47,960 nt of DNA from an uncultured Rhodobacter sp. (GCA_964469075.1 CAYXXQ010000001.1:1-47960), one strand, 5' to 3'. Shown: positions 27,301 to 36,027, counted from the first letter of the stretch. Notes: generated by a model not told the origin, from the letters alone. A program made the numbers and translations.

Positions 27301-27823
27301 AGACAGACTTATTTGTGTCCAGTATGAAGAGTTTTGTCCCCTCTGGGTTCAAGACAAACGCCCTAGCGTTAGCCGCCCCCGCACTGTAATCAAACTCTCC
27401 TGTGTACCCTTCTGCTGTCGTAACGTCTACCAGATTCCTGTACCTCATCTCCTCCCACACATTTTCCCCGATTAGTTGGGTTACGACAAATTCGAAGACA
27501 TCTCCGACGATGAAATCGGTTGACCCGTCCGAGATCGTAAACGCCACGATATCGTTGTCGTATGCCGTCCCAACATAAGTCACTGCCTTCGCTCCGGACA
27601 CACTACCTACCACTGAGAACGTGCCTCCATCGACGGCTGTAGCCGTGCATGTAAGAGTCCAAGTTTCGGACGGGGCGTCGTTCTCTGCCACAGGATATGA
27701 GATCAAGCCGTTACCCGTACCAGTCGCGGCCGGAGTACTCACGGAATTGGCGACAGTGGCGTGGTCTCTGATCTTTTCCAGCAACCCCAAATGGCTATCT
27801 GTAGTGCCTGTGAATCTCATCAA
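24359..27823 (-). CDS. large tail protein carrying about 15 YVTN/NHL-like beta-propeller repeats (1154 aa)
   Basis: ATGA-coupled to the tape measure stop. Residues 150-897 consist of units of about 50 aa of the type FD.S.....P.G.AF..DGTK.YV.......YQY.L...WD.STA.Y. Confidence 0.6.
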   Translation of the reverse strand: MMRFTGTTDSHLGLLEKIRDHATVANSVSTPAATGTGNGLISYPVAENDAPSETWTLTCTATAVDGGTFSVVGSVSGAKAVTYVGTAYDNDIVAFTISDGSTDFIVGDVFEFVVTQLIGENVWEEMRYRNLVDVTTAEGYTGEFDYSAGAANARAFVLNPEGTKLFILDTNKSVYSYTLSRAGYIDSATYDTASFDTSGQTTSPQGLAFSPDGLGMYVVGTGGVVYQYTMTVAWGLSTATYASKTLSVATELTTTGSDLVFDDTGSNLYVTSSTNNIVAQYSMTTPYDLSTGSYTSKQGAYADVAYCRSMVLSSDLDDAFFYSSTADTLYRYPVATPGDISTISYGEKSSIVDFGWGNPVFMKANATGDIWYVMDPDDDTIYQLAMSTDWDVSTLWQDTKEVDASDAISGTGLVGMAFNPDGEEVFLTDVTDGYVRMLDMEVPWRIASAYYDAKEYDPTAQCSDAQGIHFSANGKYMFLCDGTPDTIFRYELGAPWVASTATYGGDSLVLASGTIGDCFFNPDGTKLYVSKYLSGGYIEEYSLTSPWTLGTATLVTTQATVSSSYRGLALSSDGTHVYVSNWSTIFHWELSTAWDISTMSYTDALATSIGVKSFAFDPTGTQLGIVGSSNRVRTHTLHYAWMLAYSVGSITVYLSLPTATIRDLAYNSDGTAVTFFVSSTAVVEYACSAYDLRTATSVAIAEFDVSAQDATPNGVAFNDDGTKMYVAGASTKYVYQYPLSSAYDLTSATAVGVVSLDVSYLTTVPQGICFSPDGTEMFVVRVGTTATLARYTLSTPWDLSTASYVSMFDMSSEDTDMYNLVFTDDGMRFIICGQDNDYAYQYDLTTAWDITTASYGSEYFDLSSYTMAPSGIALDPGGSTLFIAEGINSKIFEFVLDTESELILKGPGSDGTDDVYIGFRTYTDVTNGRFGLYAEGYTGYESAQTFWLQPGSMYQVSQTYRPLYRLVNNNSYEYWLYISGRSIVTVARPNMRYEVGYSGLYYSNDSPLSPVTGNPYPMYVGASSLSQIISEHLGACFYNGYPGESASNAYLRYTTWLPIGDHPDTGRVSVWPWNVQYDSSDLTELGPILKPDESSVYDLMAATLITDGKVFGQLEGMYFIPPFGVSAEDTVTVGTDVYDVFPAETLQLYCAIKR

Positions 27824-30800
27824 AATCCTCCGCCAGCGCGTGTTTGATTTGGGTTTTGGTTCGACGCCTTGGATACTGCTGCGTCAAAGGACGACCTGCC
27901 TCCGGCGATCATTCGTTCCATCGACAGCTCGTTGGCAACCAGAACGGGAAGAATCTGAGACATTGGTCCAGATCCGTAGCCAACCGATCCACCAGAAGCT
28001 GCTGATGCCATACCCCTTACCATAGGCACCGACTCCACAACTGTCGAGACGCCGGGCAAAGAACTGCTATCGAGCTGCAGGTTATTCATAGCCTGGAACA
28101 GCGACGCTCCGTACTTGGACACGGCTTCGGGACGTATGACGTACTCAGAGGGTCTTAGCCACGCAGGAACCGTATCCCTACGATCGATACCGGCAGGTCG
28201 GCCAGGTACTGGACCCCCGGACGCATACCCTCTGACCAGGCCTCCGTGAGCTGCACCCCCGAAGAAACTCATGGCCATTGATGCCAAGCCGCCGATAGCA
28301 GCACCCACACCACCCCCACCACCCCCACCACCCATACCAGAAAACAGACTGCTTAGGGATCCCATAATCCCCTCAAATCCCCCAGACAGCAGTCCAGACA
28401 TACTACTCATTAACCCCCCAAAACCTCCAGAGAACAACCCACCTATACTGCCTAGGAGTCCAGAGAAACCTCCGGACAAGACTCCGGTCAGGCTGCCAAG
28501 CATCTTTTTGAAGCCCCCGGTAATCGTCCCCAACATGCCGGGCGACTTAGAAGTCATCATGTCTGTCGTTTCGGTGGCTCCCTCTACAATGCCTTCACCC
28601 GAAACCACAGATGTCTGCTTCTCTGCCGTTTTCGTGCCAAAGATACCAGAAAAGATCTTGCTTAGTGGCCCCATAACCGCCTCAGATTTCGCCCCCTCGG
28701 TCAATGCAGATACTATCCCGTCCAAGGTCTCTTCGAATACCTTCTGACCCAACTTATCCGCGAAGCTCAGCAGTGCGTTGCCTAGGGCTGTGCGCAGGTC
28801 GTAATCAAGTCCTGCGACACTGCGAGTGAACGCCTGGGAGAGGGTACCTGCTACGGTCGTCTGAAGTTCAGAGAATCCATCCCCCATTTCAGTGAAATAG
28901 TTTACCGTCCCTTTTCGCTTGATATCAAGGCTGTCCTCCTCCATTTGGGTACGGATTTTATGTTCATCACGCAACCCCCCAATGTTAATGTCGATCACCT
29001 TTCGTCTATTAGCGATCTCTGTATCGAGAGCTGCTTGAGCGTCCGTTACCTTGGTTTTATCTTCAGGTGTGGCAGCTTTGGAAAGCTGGTCTGAGAGTAT
29101 GCGCTTCCGGACAGCCTCTTCTTCCTTCAGGTTCGCGAGAGCTTGGGTGTGCAATGTAAGCAACGCGCTACGCTCAATATCAGATTCCTGAGCCAGGTAC
29201 TGTCTGTTGATGGTTGCACGTTCTTTGGCAGCTTTTTTCTCAGATAGCTTACCAGAATCAACCTTGAACTGAACGACATCCAACGCGAACTTCTTTTCCT
29301 GTGCGATACGCGCCGTCAGGTAGTTCTTTTCGGCGTTCTTCTGGGCCTGCACCTTGATTAGCGCCAACTGTTCTGCATACACCTTATCGAGAGATGTTAT
29401 CTGTGCACCTGTGGCTTTCGCCCCAGATTCGGCTTTGATTATACCTCCCACTTGGGTCGTTACTTTTCCCTTTGACTCAGTATTTAATCCACTTAGTGTC
29501 GCTGCCTGCCTACCCTTCGCGAGTCCCAGCCCTTCTTTGATCACCTCAAGTCTTGCTTTAGCATCCCGCAGTGACGATGCGTCTCCTGCCATCTCCAAAG
29601 CTTTGATCTCGTTAACAAGCTGTCGCTCGGATCGCTTCAGGTCAAGAACCTCCAGGGACGCCGCCTTGAACGCCGCCACCGCGTGGATCTCACCAGCTGT
29701 GAAGAGCTTTGTCGATTTGGCTTCTTCCTTTCTGGCATCTGCCGATGCCTTGAACGCTGCCTGCTGATCCTGCAGCGTCTTCTTCAGGTTGGCGTATTCT
29801 TCCCGGGCAAACGATGCCGCCTGGACGTCTTTCAGAATCACAGCGGCCAATCCCGACACGCTGGTCCCATAATCCCCAGAGTCGAACTTGAACTCCCCAG
29901 CTTCCTTTTTTGCCTCTTCAAGGTACGAGGTCATATCGGCAAGGTTGTAGTTGGTTGAAATCACGGATGCCGCCACGGAATCCAGGAACGTGTCTATCAA
30001 CTTCAGAGACTCTACCGTACCATCGTCTACCCCAATCCCAGCCCTCTTATCTGCCTTTTGGGTGATGCCAACTAGCTTATCGGATGTTTCCTTTCCGATA
30101 GCTTTCCAGACGGCGTTAAGGTCTTCTTTCGTCTGCTCCAGGGTCTTTATTGCTTTGGCGTCAGCTTCCGTTAGGATTCCAGTAAAATGGAAAGCCTTTA
30201 GCATCGAATCTAAAATACTCTTGAATTGCCCGAGAAAGTATCCACCAAATGCAAACAGTGGGGCTGCCAGTACCTGTGCTGCACCCTCAAACAATACCCG
30301 AAGGGCACTCAGAAATTCTGTGAAATTGAGTTGGCCGCCCTCCCCTCCCATGCTGGCTAGTTTGTTCGAAATCATCTGAAGTGCTTTTACCACAACCAAA
30401 GTGATCACAGATATCGCGGCGCCAGTGAGCAGGACTGATTTCATCCAAACGATAGCAGCTCCTGCTGTAAGCCCTCCACCGGCCCCGACACCGGCGCCGG
30501 CACCTACCAATCCAGCTTTACCGGCAGCCCCTGTCGCAAACTGACTAATTGCTCCTGTGGCCCCTGCGACCCCTAACAACCTCCAAGCAGTTGCGAGTCC
30601 GACTACAGCAGCAGTTAGCTTGCCCAGACCTGCAGCCAGTGTGCTAGATCTCGTCCCAAAGATCTCCAGCTTGTCGAATGCTGTTACCAGCTTGCTGACC
30701 CACCCGAAGATTGTTACGAACGTTTTAACGATCTCCAACGCGTATACGACCAACACCCTCAAAGATTTCCCCAAGGAGGCAGCCAGATCCTCTAAATTGC

Positions 30801-32757
30801 CCCCTACCGCCAGCCTGCGTACGTATTGAAGAAGCAGCTTGATTTCATCAGCGAATGCCGTTAGGGCTGCCAGTGCCGACTTGCTCGGCTGCATTTTGCC
30901 AAACGGATCCTTGGTAACCAAAGCGTTCGACAGATCCGTAACCAGGTCTTTGAAATCTTCGAACACTCCTATCCCGGCTGCTCCGGCTAGCAACTGGAAC
31001 CGGTCTTTCAGGTTACTGAGTTTGACTGTGAGAGTTTCCATACTCTCTTCGCCGGCGTCGTTGAACGCTTGGAACCGCGACTGGAGTTCCTTGAACAGCG
31101 TCCCCATAGCTGTCCAGTTTTTCACGTCCTCCCGAGAGATATCCAAACTCACTGCCAGACGCGATGTCTGTTGACGGATCTGCCCTGTGAGTAGCGACCT
31201 GATCTCTTCGGGTAGCTGGTTCTGAAGAAGTCCGACAGCCGTGGCCGCCCGGGACACACTGCCTGTAAACTCCCGAACCTGATCCGGATCAAACCCGGCT
31301 TTCATTCCCGGGGCTATGGCATACTGGAGATTCCTAGCCAGATCCTCAAATGTCGAGCTCGTAGATAGGGCATCAACGCGCAACTTGCGCATCTGGTCCC
31401 TCGACACCGCATGGGCAGCGTTAAGGGCTTCCACCCCCTTTAATAGCCTCCCGTTCTCATCCACAAGGGTACCCGTAGCTGTGAACAAGGCTGCCAACCC
31501 CAACTCGGTCACTTCCATCTCAGCATTGAACCGGAACAGTTCCGTGATGACGGTACGTAGTGCTCTGGTAAACTGGTTGATGATGGTGTAGAAGGCGTAC
31601 ACCTTGAACAGGTGGGCCAGATTCACTGCGTAGCTTCTTGTGGACTCCGAAGCCTGACTCATCGTTTTTGCGTTCTCCTGGACTTCAAGACCCAGCTGCC
31701 TCGCAACGTTCGGGTCATTGATATCCAACCCGGCCTTGGTTGCTAGAGTTTTGGTGCGCCGGGCAAGAACCTGCTGATTAAGCAAATTCGTGATTCGCTT
31801 CTGTGCCTGCTCCTCAACAGAGAGTCGCTGGAGGTTCTTGTCCTTCAGCTCTGCGATAGTTGTTTCGATAGCTCTCTGGGCCTTCAGTATCGAAATAACC
31901 CGCTCTTTCTTTTGGAGCGTCAGGTTTTCAAGCTGGAACTTTTTGCTCTCCAAAGAGACAAGTCTGGCTTCCAGATCATACTTCTTCTTTATGGTCTGGT
32001 AATCCCGATCGTGAAGGACATCCCTCGACGTTTCGAGAGCTTGTCTACGCTGCATGAGCGCTACTTGCTTCTGCAGCCCCTGAACATCCGGACTGCCACC
32101 AACAGTCAGTGTAGTTTTCAACGACGATAGGCGTGTCTGTAGTGCTACCTGAGTCTTGAGACCTTGAAGCACTCGACTACCGGCCAAAACTAAGGCCTGC
32201 TTCAAACTCTGTTGCTGCTGGAGCGCAGCATTCTCTAGTTTGAGCTTCTGCAGTCCCGTATCTGAAGACGAAGCTATTTGGTTGGTGAGCTGTTGTTTCT
32301 TAGAGAGTATCGCGACAGAGCGTTCTTGCTCTTGGAGCGCCCGGTTCCCGAGTTGGAGTCTCTTACTCTCCAGTGCCAGAGATCTGGATTCCTGGTCGAC
32401 ACGAAGCTTGAGCCTCTGGTATTCCTTATCGTGCAGAGAATACGACTTGTTTTTGAGGTTCTGAATCTGACGCTGGAGGTATGCTTGCTGCTTCGTAAGA
32501 TCTACTGTATTCTCAACCTCCGTGTTGAGGTTATGGGCAGCTTTAGCCGACTTGTCGAGCGCTGTAGAAAGTGCTACTGCATTCTGGGCAGATTGCTTGG
32601 AGAACTTGAATGATGCGCTGAGATCCTTAACCGATTGCAACTCAGCCCGAAGGGCTTTCAAGTCGTTGGCAAAGGCCTGCATCGCTTTCTGGGAGTTCTC
32701 ACCCCCCACGACATCCAAGTGGTACTGTAGTCCGCCTGTATCTTGAAATTCGCCCAC
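27820..32757 (-). CDS. tape measure protein (1645 aa)
   Basis: The size and the position after the chaperone pair fit. There is a long N-terminal coiled-coil region and central Gly/Ala-rich hydrophobic segments (GAGAGVGAGGGLTAGAAIVWM). A Gly-rich stretch (GMGGGGGGGVGAAIGG) lies near the C-terminus. Confidence 0.9.
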   Translation of the reverse strand: MGEFQDTGGLQYHLDVVGGENSQKAMQAFANDLKALRAELQSVKDLSASFKFSKQSAQNAVALSTALDKSAKAAHNLNTEVENTVDLTKQQAYLQRQIQNLKNKSYSLHDKEYQRLKLRVDQESRSLALESKRLQLGNRALQEQERSVAILSKKQQLTNQIASSSDTGLQKLKLENAALQQQQSLKQALVLAGSRVLQGLKTQVALQTRLSSLKTTLTVGGSPDVQGLQKQVALMQRRQALETSRDVLHDRDYQTIKKKYDLEARLVSLESKKFQLENLTLQKKERVISILKAQRAIETTIAELKDKNLQRLSVEEQAQKRITNLLNQQVLARRTKTLATKAGLDINDPNVARQLGLEVQENAKTMSQASESTRSYAVNLAHLFKVYAFYTIINQFTRALRTVITELFRFNAEMEVTELGLAALFTATGTLVDENGRLLKGVEALNAAHAVSRDQMRKLRVDALSTSSTFEDLARNLQYAIAPGMKAGFDPDQVREFTGSVSRAATAVGLLQNQLPEEIRSLLTGQIRQQTSRLAVSLDISREDVKNWTAMGTLFKELQSRFQAFNDAGEESMETLTVKLSNLKDRFQLLAGAAGIGVFEDFKDLVTDLSNALVTKDPFGKMQPSKSALAALTAFADEIKLLLQYVRRLAVGGNLEDLAASLGKSLRVLVVYALEIVKTFVTIFGWVSKLVTAFDKLEIFGTRSSTLAAGLGKLTAAVVGLATAWRLLGVAGATGAISQFATGAAGKAGLVGAGAGVGAGGGLTAGAAIVWMKSVLLTGAAISVITLVVVKALQMISNKLASMGGEGGQLNFTEFLSALRVLFEGAAQVLAAPLFAFGGYFLGQFKSILDSMLKAFHFTGILTEADAKAIKTLEQTKEDLNAVWKAIGKETSDKLVGITQKADKRAGIGVDDGTVESLKLIDTFLDSVAASVISTNYNLADMTSYLEEAKKEAGEFKFDSGDYGTSVSGLAAVILKDVQAASFAREEYANLKKTLQDQQAAFKASADARKEEAKSTKLFTAGEIHAVAAFKAASLEVLDLKRSERQLVNEIKALEMAGDASSLRDAKARLEVIKEGLGLAKGRQAATLSGLNTESKGKVTTQVGGIIKAESGAKATGAQITSLDKVYAEQLALIKVQAQKNAEKNYLTARIAQEKKFALDVVQFKVDSGKLSEKKAAKERATINRQYLAQESDIERSALLTLHTQALANLKEEEAVRKRILSDQLSKAATPEDKTKVTDAQAALDTEIANRRKVIDINIGGLRDEHKIRTQMEEDSLDIKRKGTVNYFTEMGDGFSELQTTVAGTLSQAFTRSVAGLDYDLRTALGNALLSFADKLGQKVFEETLDGIVSALTEGAKSEAVMGPLSKIFSGIFGTKTAEKQTSVVSGEGIVEGATETTDMMTSKSPGMLGTITGGFKKMLGSLTGVLSGGFSGLLGSIGGLFSGGFGGLMSSMSGLLSGGFEGIMGSLSSLFSGMGGGGGGGGVGAAIGGLASMAMSFFGGAAHGGLVRGYASGGPVPGRPAGIDRRDTVPAWLRPSEYVIRPEAVSKYGASLFQAMNNLQLDSSSLPGVSTVVESVPMVRGMASAASGGSVGYGSGPMSQILPVLVANELSMERMIAGGRSSFDAAVSKASNQNPNQTRAGGGF

Positions 32758-32767
32758 AGCACCACCC

Positions 32768-33052
32768 TTACGCTAGGCCCATATCCCTTGCAAAATCCGA
32801 ACCATTGCCGGCCCGATTCTGTTTGCTCAAGTTCTTGACCATTTTGTTGATTGCCTTACCTGTACCTTGTGCCGCCAGCGCACCTAAGGCCAAATTGTTC
32901 GCCAACTCTACGTTCCGCAATTCTGAAGCTTTCTTGATGATAGCCTCCAAACTCACAGAATCTGTATCAAGTACCAGGCTTTCAGGCAACCCAAACGATT
33001 GAAGAACGATGGCGGCTTCCGCCAAACCCTCTTCATACCCGTCCAGATTCAT
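32768..33052 (-). CDS. tail assembly chaperone T-segment (94 aa as a separate ORF; probably expressed as the -1 frameshift extension of the upstream ORF)
   Basis: ATG overlaps the upstream TGA (ATGA). The same frame is open for at least 33 codons upstream, back to the A_AAA_AAG site. Confidence 0.6.
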   Translation of the reverse strand: MNLDGYEEGLAEAAIVLQSFGLPESLVLDTDSVSLEAIIKKASELRNVELANNLALGALAAQGTGKAINKMVKNLSKQNRAGNGSDFARDMGLA

Positions 33053-33645
33053 TCCGGATCGCTTGGCCCGATCTCGGGCTCCGCGTCTTCGCTTGTCGTC
33101 GGGGCGGTCCCTTGAAGCTTTTCCTGAAGTACCGGAACCACCCCCTTCAGCTTTTTTAGGATGTCGTTGACCTCCAGCACGGTGTCCAGAGTTTCGGCCA
33201 GCTGGTCAAGGGAAAATGAATTCAAGACATCCTCATCTGAGTCCCCGTCGAACTCGTCTCTGTACGTATCTCGGAGGATAGCGGCCAGCGCTGTGGCAGC
33301 CTCATCCCGGTCCAGAAGCTGGGCTAGGGCAGCCCAGGCAGAGTCCCGGCGATCATTGCGCATTTGCGCCACGTCAAGGGACACAGGTGCCACCTTGCGT
33401 GAATAGGCGCCTTCCTCGTTCTGGACAATCTCCACTGACGAATCCCGGCCGGTATCTTCGAATAGTACAGCGACATGCGCCAGCGCCCTCTGTACCAGTT
33501 TCCCCCCAGACAAGATGACCTTACCGGTCAGTCGGTACACCTTAACTGACTCGCCTTCGATCCGGACAGTTTTAGCGGCTTTTTTCGAGAGTCTGGCAAA
33601 CACATTCATTGTCGCTTCCTTTGTTCTGTTGCTGCCCCACATCAA
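33049..33645 (-). CDS. tail assembly chaperone, gpG-like (198 aa)
   Basis: The gene sits between the major tail protein and the tape measure. It has an acidic C-terminal part and contains a slippery heptamer in the correct frame. Confidence 0.65.
   Translation of the reverse strand: MMWGSNRTKEATMNVFARLSKKAAKTVRIEGESVKVYRLTGKVILSGGKLVQRALAHVAVLFEDTGRDSSVEIVQNEEGAYSRKVAPVSLDVAQMRNDRRDSAWAALAQLLDRDEAATALAAILRDTYRDEFDGDSDEDVLNSFSLDQLAETLDTVLEVNDILKKLKGVVPVLQEKLQGTAPTTSEDAEPEIGPSDPE
33151..33157 (-). other. -1 programmed ribosomal frameshift slippery heptamer A_AAA_AAG
   Basis: The minus strand reads ATC CTA AAA AAG CTG (..ILKKL..) in the zero frame, so the heptamer is phased X_XXY_YYZ. The -1 frame has no stop and runs into the 94-aa ORF. 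Confidence 0.7.
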
Positions 33646-33699
33646 ATACTAAGATTCCCAGTACAGCAATATAGGTTATCTATGCAAATTCTACAACAC

Positions 33700-33740
33700 A
33701 AAAAACCCCCGCCCCTGGGAAAGGGGGCGAGGGCGGGGGG
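33700..33740 (-). terminator. rho-independent terminator after the major tail gene
   Basis: A 9-bp G/C stem forms between CCCCCGCCC (33706-33714) and GGGCGGGGG (33731-33739). On the minus strand it is followed by six U (A run at 33700-33705). Confidence 0.7.
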
Positions 33741-33756
33741 CAGGGGAAGCGAGCGA

Positions 33757-34596
33757 CTACGCTTCCACAATTGGGGTGACACGGACCGGGGACGTCTGGC
33801 CGTCGGGTGTTACGAGCTTGCCGGAGAATGTGAGAGTCTTGTACTCTTCGGTAATCAAGCCGTGGTCTCCTTCGGGGCGGAGGCCGCACTTGTAGAAATA
33901 GTACTCAGTCTTCTCTTCAGTCTTCGGGTCTTCCGCGAAGAACATGAGCGCCACGTCACGGGTTGACGTGAATGCGTTCACAGAAACCAGGTTCTGAATC
34001 TGGCTGGTGTTGGCTGCCAGGTCCAGGGTGAGTCCCTCAGCACCGGCAATGGCTGTCGCCAGTTTCGTGGATGTCGAAATCAACTGAATGGTACCCTCTT
34101 TGGCATTCAGCGTGTAATCCGTGTCCTTGACGAGGGCAACCGGAGTCACGTTCGACGTCTCGATTGTGATATCCGTGGCCACGACATCGTAGCACCGACT
34201 TCCGGTCACGTTGACCAGAGGTACGATAGTGCCGAGCGTGATATTGCCGGCGACAACAATCACAGCCCCGGTAAAGCCTATGTACGTCGGATTGGCAACG
34301 GCTGTCTGGCCTCCCATCAGGAACCACTGCAGTGTGCGTTGGTTGATGTTCTCGCAAGTGAACGAAACGTTCAGAGCACGCTCCAGGATATCGGTACGGT
34401 CAAGGTACCTCTCTGCCGTACGAGACGAGTAATGCTCGCTCTCTTCGACCTCAGGAGTGATAGTGAACTCAGTAACGTTGCCCAGATCCCAAAAGGAATC
34501 TACAGCATCACTGGAATCCAGTTCCCCGAGGTTCATGATCCCCCGACCGAGGGAATATTCTGCTGTTGATGGCACGCCCGTGGTGTTGTTTTTCAT
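33757..34596 (-). CDS. major tail protein candidate (279 aa)
   Basis: The gene lies immediately upstream of the chaperone pair and is followed by a strong terminator. The composition is Thr/Val-rich and beta-type. No family was recognised by motif. Confidence 0.6.
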   Translation of the reverse strand: MKNNTTGVPSTAEYSLGRGIMNLGELDSSDAVDSFWDLGNVTEFTITPEVEESEHYSSRTAERYLDRTDILERALNVSFTCENINQRTLQWFLMGGQTAVANPTYIGFTGAVIVVAGNITLGTIVPLVNVTGSRCYDVVATDITIETSNVTPVALVKDTDYTLNAKEGTIQLISTSTKLATAIAGAEGLTLDLAANTSQIQNLVSVNAFTSTRDVALMFFAEDPKTEEKTEYYFYKCGLRPEGDHGLITEEYKTLTFSGKLVTPDGQTSPVRVTPIVEA

Positions 34597-34609
34597 CTAA
34601 CCTATCTCC

Positions 34610-35029
34610 TTACTTTACAGGGTTGACCTCAAACATAAAAACTGCTGCTGTTGCACCTTGTGCCGACGCCCTCGTTGGATGTGCTACAAGGTAATTCAAA
34701 AGCATCAACGATGCAAACTCCCCAGATTTCTCGATGAACTGGACTTTGGTCAAGAACGTATCACACGCTGGATCCAACAAAACCTCTTGAGCAAACTCGA
34801 TATAAGCAGCGAATTTCCAACCTGCCCTGGCCTGAGACAGCGACCGGTTGCTGTTTTTGTCCAAAATAAAGGCACACCCGGTCTCGTTCACCTCCACCAC
34901 AGCAGGGGCTATTTTGTTCCCAGTCAGTGTAGGTTCTGCGTATTCTGAAGCATCATATTCGACAACATCGAAAATCTCCTGGTTGAGGATTTCGACGATC
35001 TTGTCTTGAATGTCTGTTCTGAGGATCAA
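34610..35029 (-). CDS. tail terminator / tail completion protein candidate (139 aa)
   Basis: The call rests only on position (directly before the major tail gene) and on size. Confidence 0.35.
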   Translation of the reverse strand: MILRTDIQDKIVEILNQEIFDVVEYDASEYAEPTLTGNKIAPAVVEVNETGCAFILDKNSNRSLSQARAGWKFAAYIEFAQEVLLDPACDTFLTKVQFIEKSGEFASLMLLNYLVAHPTRASAQGATAAVFMFEVNPVK

Positions 35030-35598
35030 GAATATAGCCTCCCAAGGTCATCTATATCCAAAGGAGAATGTGAGTATGACCCCCAAGGTACATCCCTATC
35101 CAAAGACGAAAACGGGTAACTTTGCCTGGTCCCACCAGCTCCCAGCAAGGCCTCAGAGTCTGGGGTGGTATCGCTGTCTGATGTCGCCATATCAGCCACC
35201 AACCCAGCCATCAACGAGACGGCATGCTGGGTGAGTCTGTCGCTCTGATCCTTCAGCTGAGCAAACTGCTTCCGAGATGCCGCGTTATCGTTGTACGACA
35301 TCCTAGACTTGGATTGCGCCTCCAAGAAGAAGCTTGGCAGCCTGAATAGCATATTGGAGAACACGTAAAGCGTCTCTGCCTGCTCGGCTTTAAGGCGTAT
35401 CGCCCCTTCAGCCGTCGTCGGGATCGCGTCGTCAGGATACGCTATGATGTCCTGAACTATGTCTGGGGTGAGCTCTCCCACGATCCAGGCAGCGGCAGAC
35501 CGTTCTGACTCATCAAAGATCGCCAACGCCTCAGCGTCAACCGCTGTCGACAGCCGGCAGCGGGCTTTCAAAGTGCCTGTTGTGACGAATACGCCCAT
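35026..35598 (-). CDS. head-tail connector/adaptor candidate (190 aa)
   Basis: The call rests on position. The N-terminus TLKARCRLSTAVDAEALAIFDESERSAAAWIVGEL is loosely gp6-like. ATGA-type overlap with the next gene. Confidence 0.35.
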   Translation of the reverse strand: MGVFVTTGTLKARCRLSTAVDAEALAIFDESERSAAAWIVGELTPDIVQDIIAYPDDAIPTTAEGAIRLKAEQAETLYVFSNMLFRLPSFFLEAQSKSRMSYNDNAASRKQFAQLKDQSDRLTQHAVSLMAGLVADMATSDSDTTPDSEALLGAGGTRQSYPFSSLDRDVPWGSYSHSPLDIDDLGRLYS

Positions 35599-35604
35599 TG
35601 TAAT

Positions 35605-36027
35605 CTACGCCCGATCTTGGCTCAGGTGTTTGAGTGCGGCGGCTTTGATGGTGTTGGGCTTCTTGGTCCGGAACTTCGGTGGAGTCAGTCCGCGCTCCTC
35701 ACAGACGGTATCGATCAAGGCTAAGAGTTCCGTGTGGGAGCTCTCTGAGAATTCCTCCGGGTCAAAGATCCAGGGACTCCCCACATTCAGAGACACACTG
35801 CCTTCAGACTTTTCTTTCGGATCCTTGTTCAGTTCCGATGTTTTGATTCTGGCGGGAGCTTCGGGGGGGTCCGGCTCCACGTAAGGGACAATGAAGCCTC
35901 TGTCAACCAGGTGCTTGACGTTGGCCGGATTGATGCCCACATCTGATGCTGTAAAGGATGCATCACCAGGAGACACACGCCTGTGGTTGCCCAGAATGGT
36001 AATTGCCGCTGTGTACTTTGCTTCCAT
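35605..36027 (-). CDS. hypothetical head-proximal protein (140 aa)
   Basis: ORF lies between the capsid and connector genes. No motif recognised. Confidence 0.4.
   Translation of the reverse strand: MEAKYTAAITILGNHRRVSPGDASFTASDVGINPANVKHLVDRGFIVPYVEPDPPEAPARIKTSELNKDPKEKSEGSVSLNVGSPWIFDPEEFSESSHTELLALIDTVCEERGLTPPKFRTKKPNTIKAAALKHLSQDRA

Noticed and set aside
28271-32746. Numerous + strand ORFs (70-160 aa, including a poly-Pro one) within the tape measure region
   Set aside because: All are antisense to the uninterrupted 1645-aa tape measure frame. The poly-Pro run is merely the complement of the Gly-rich segment.
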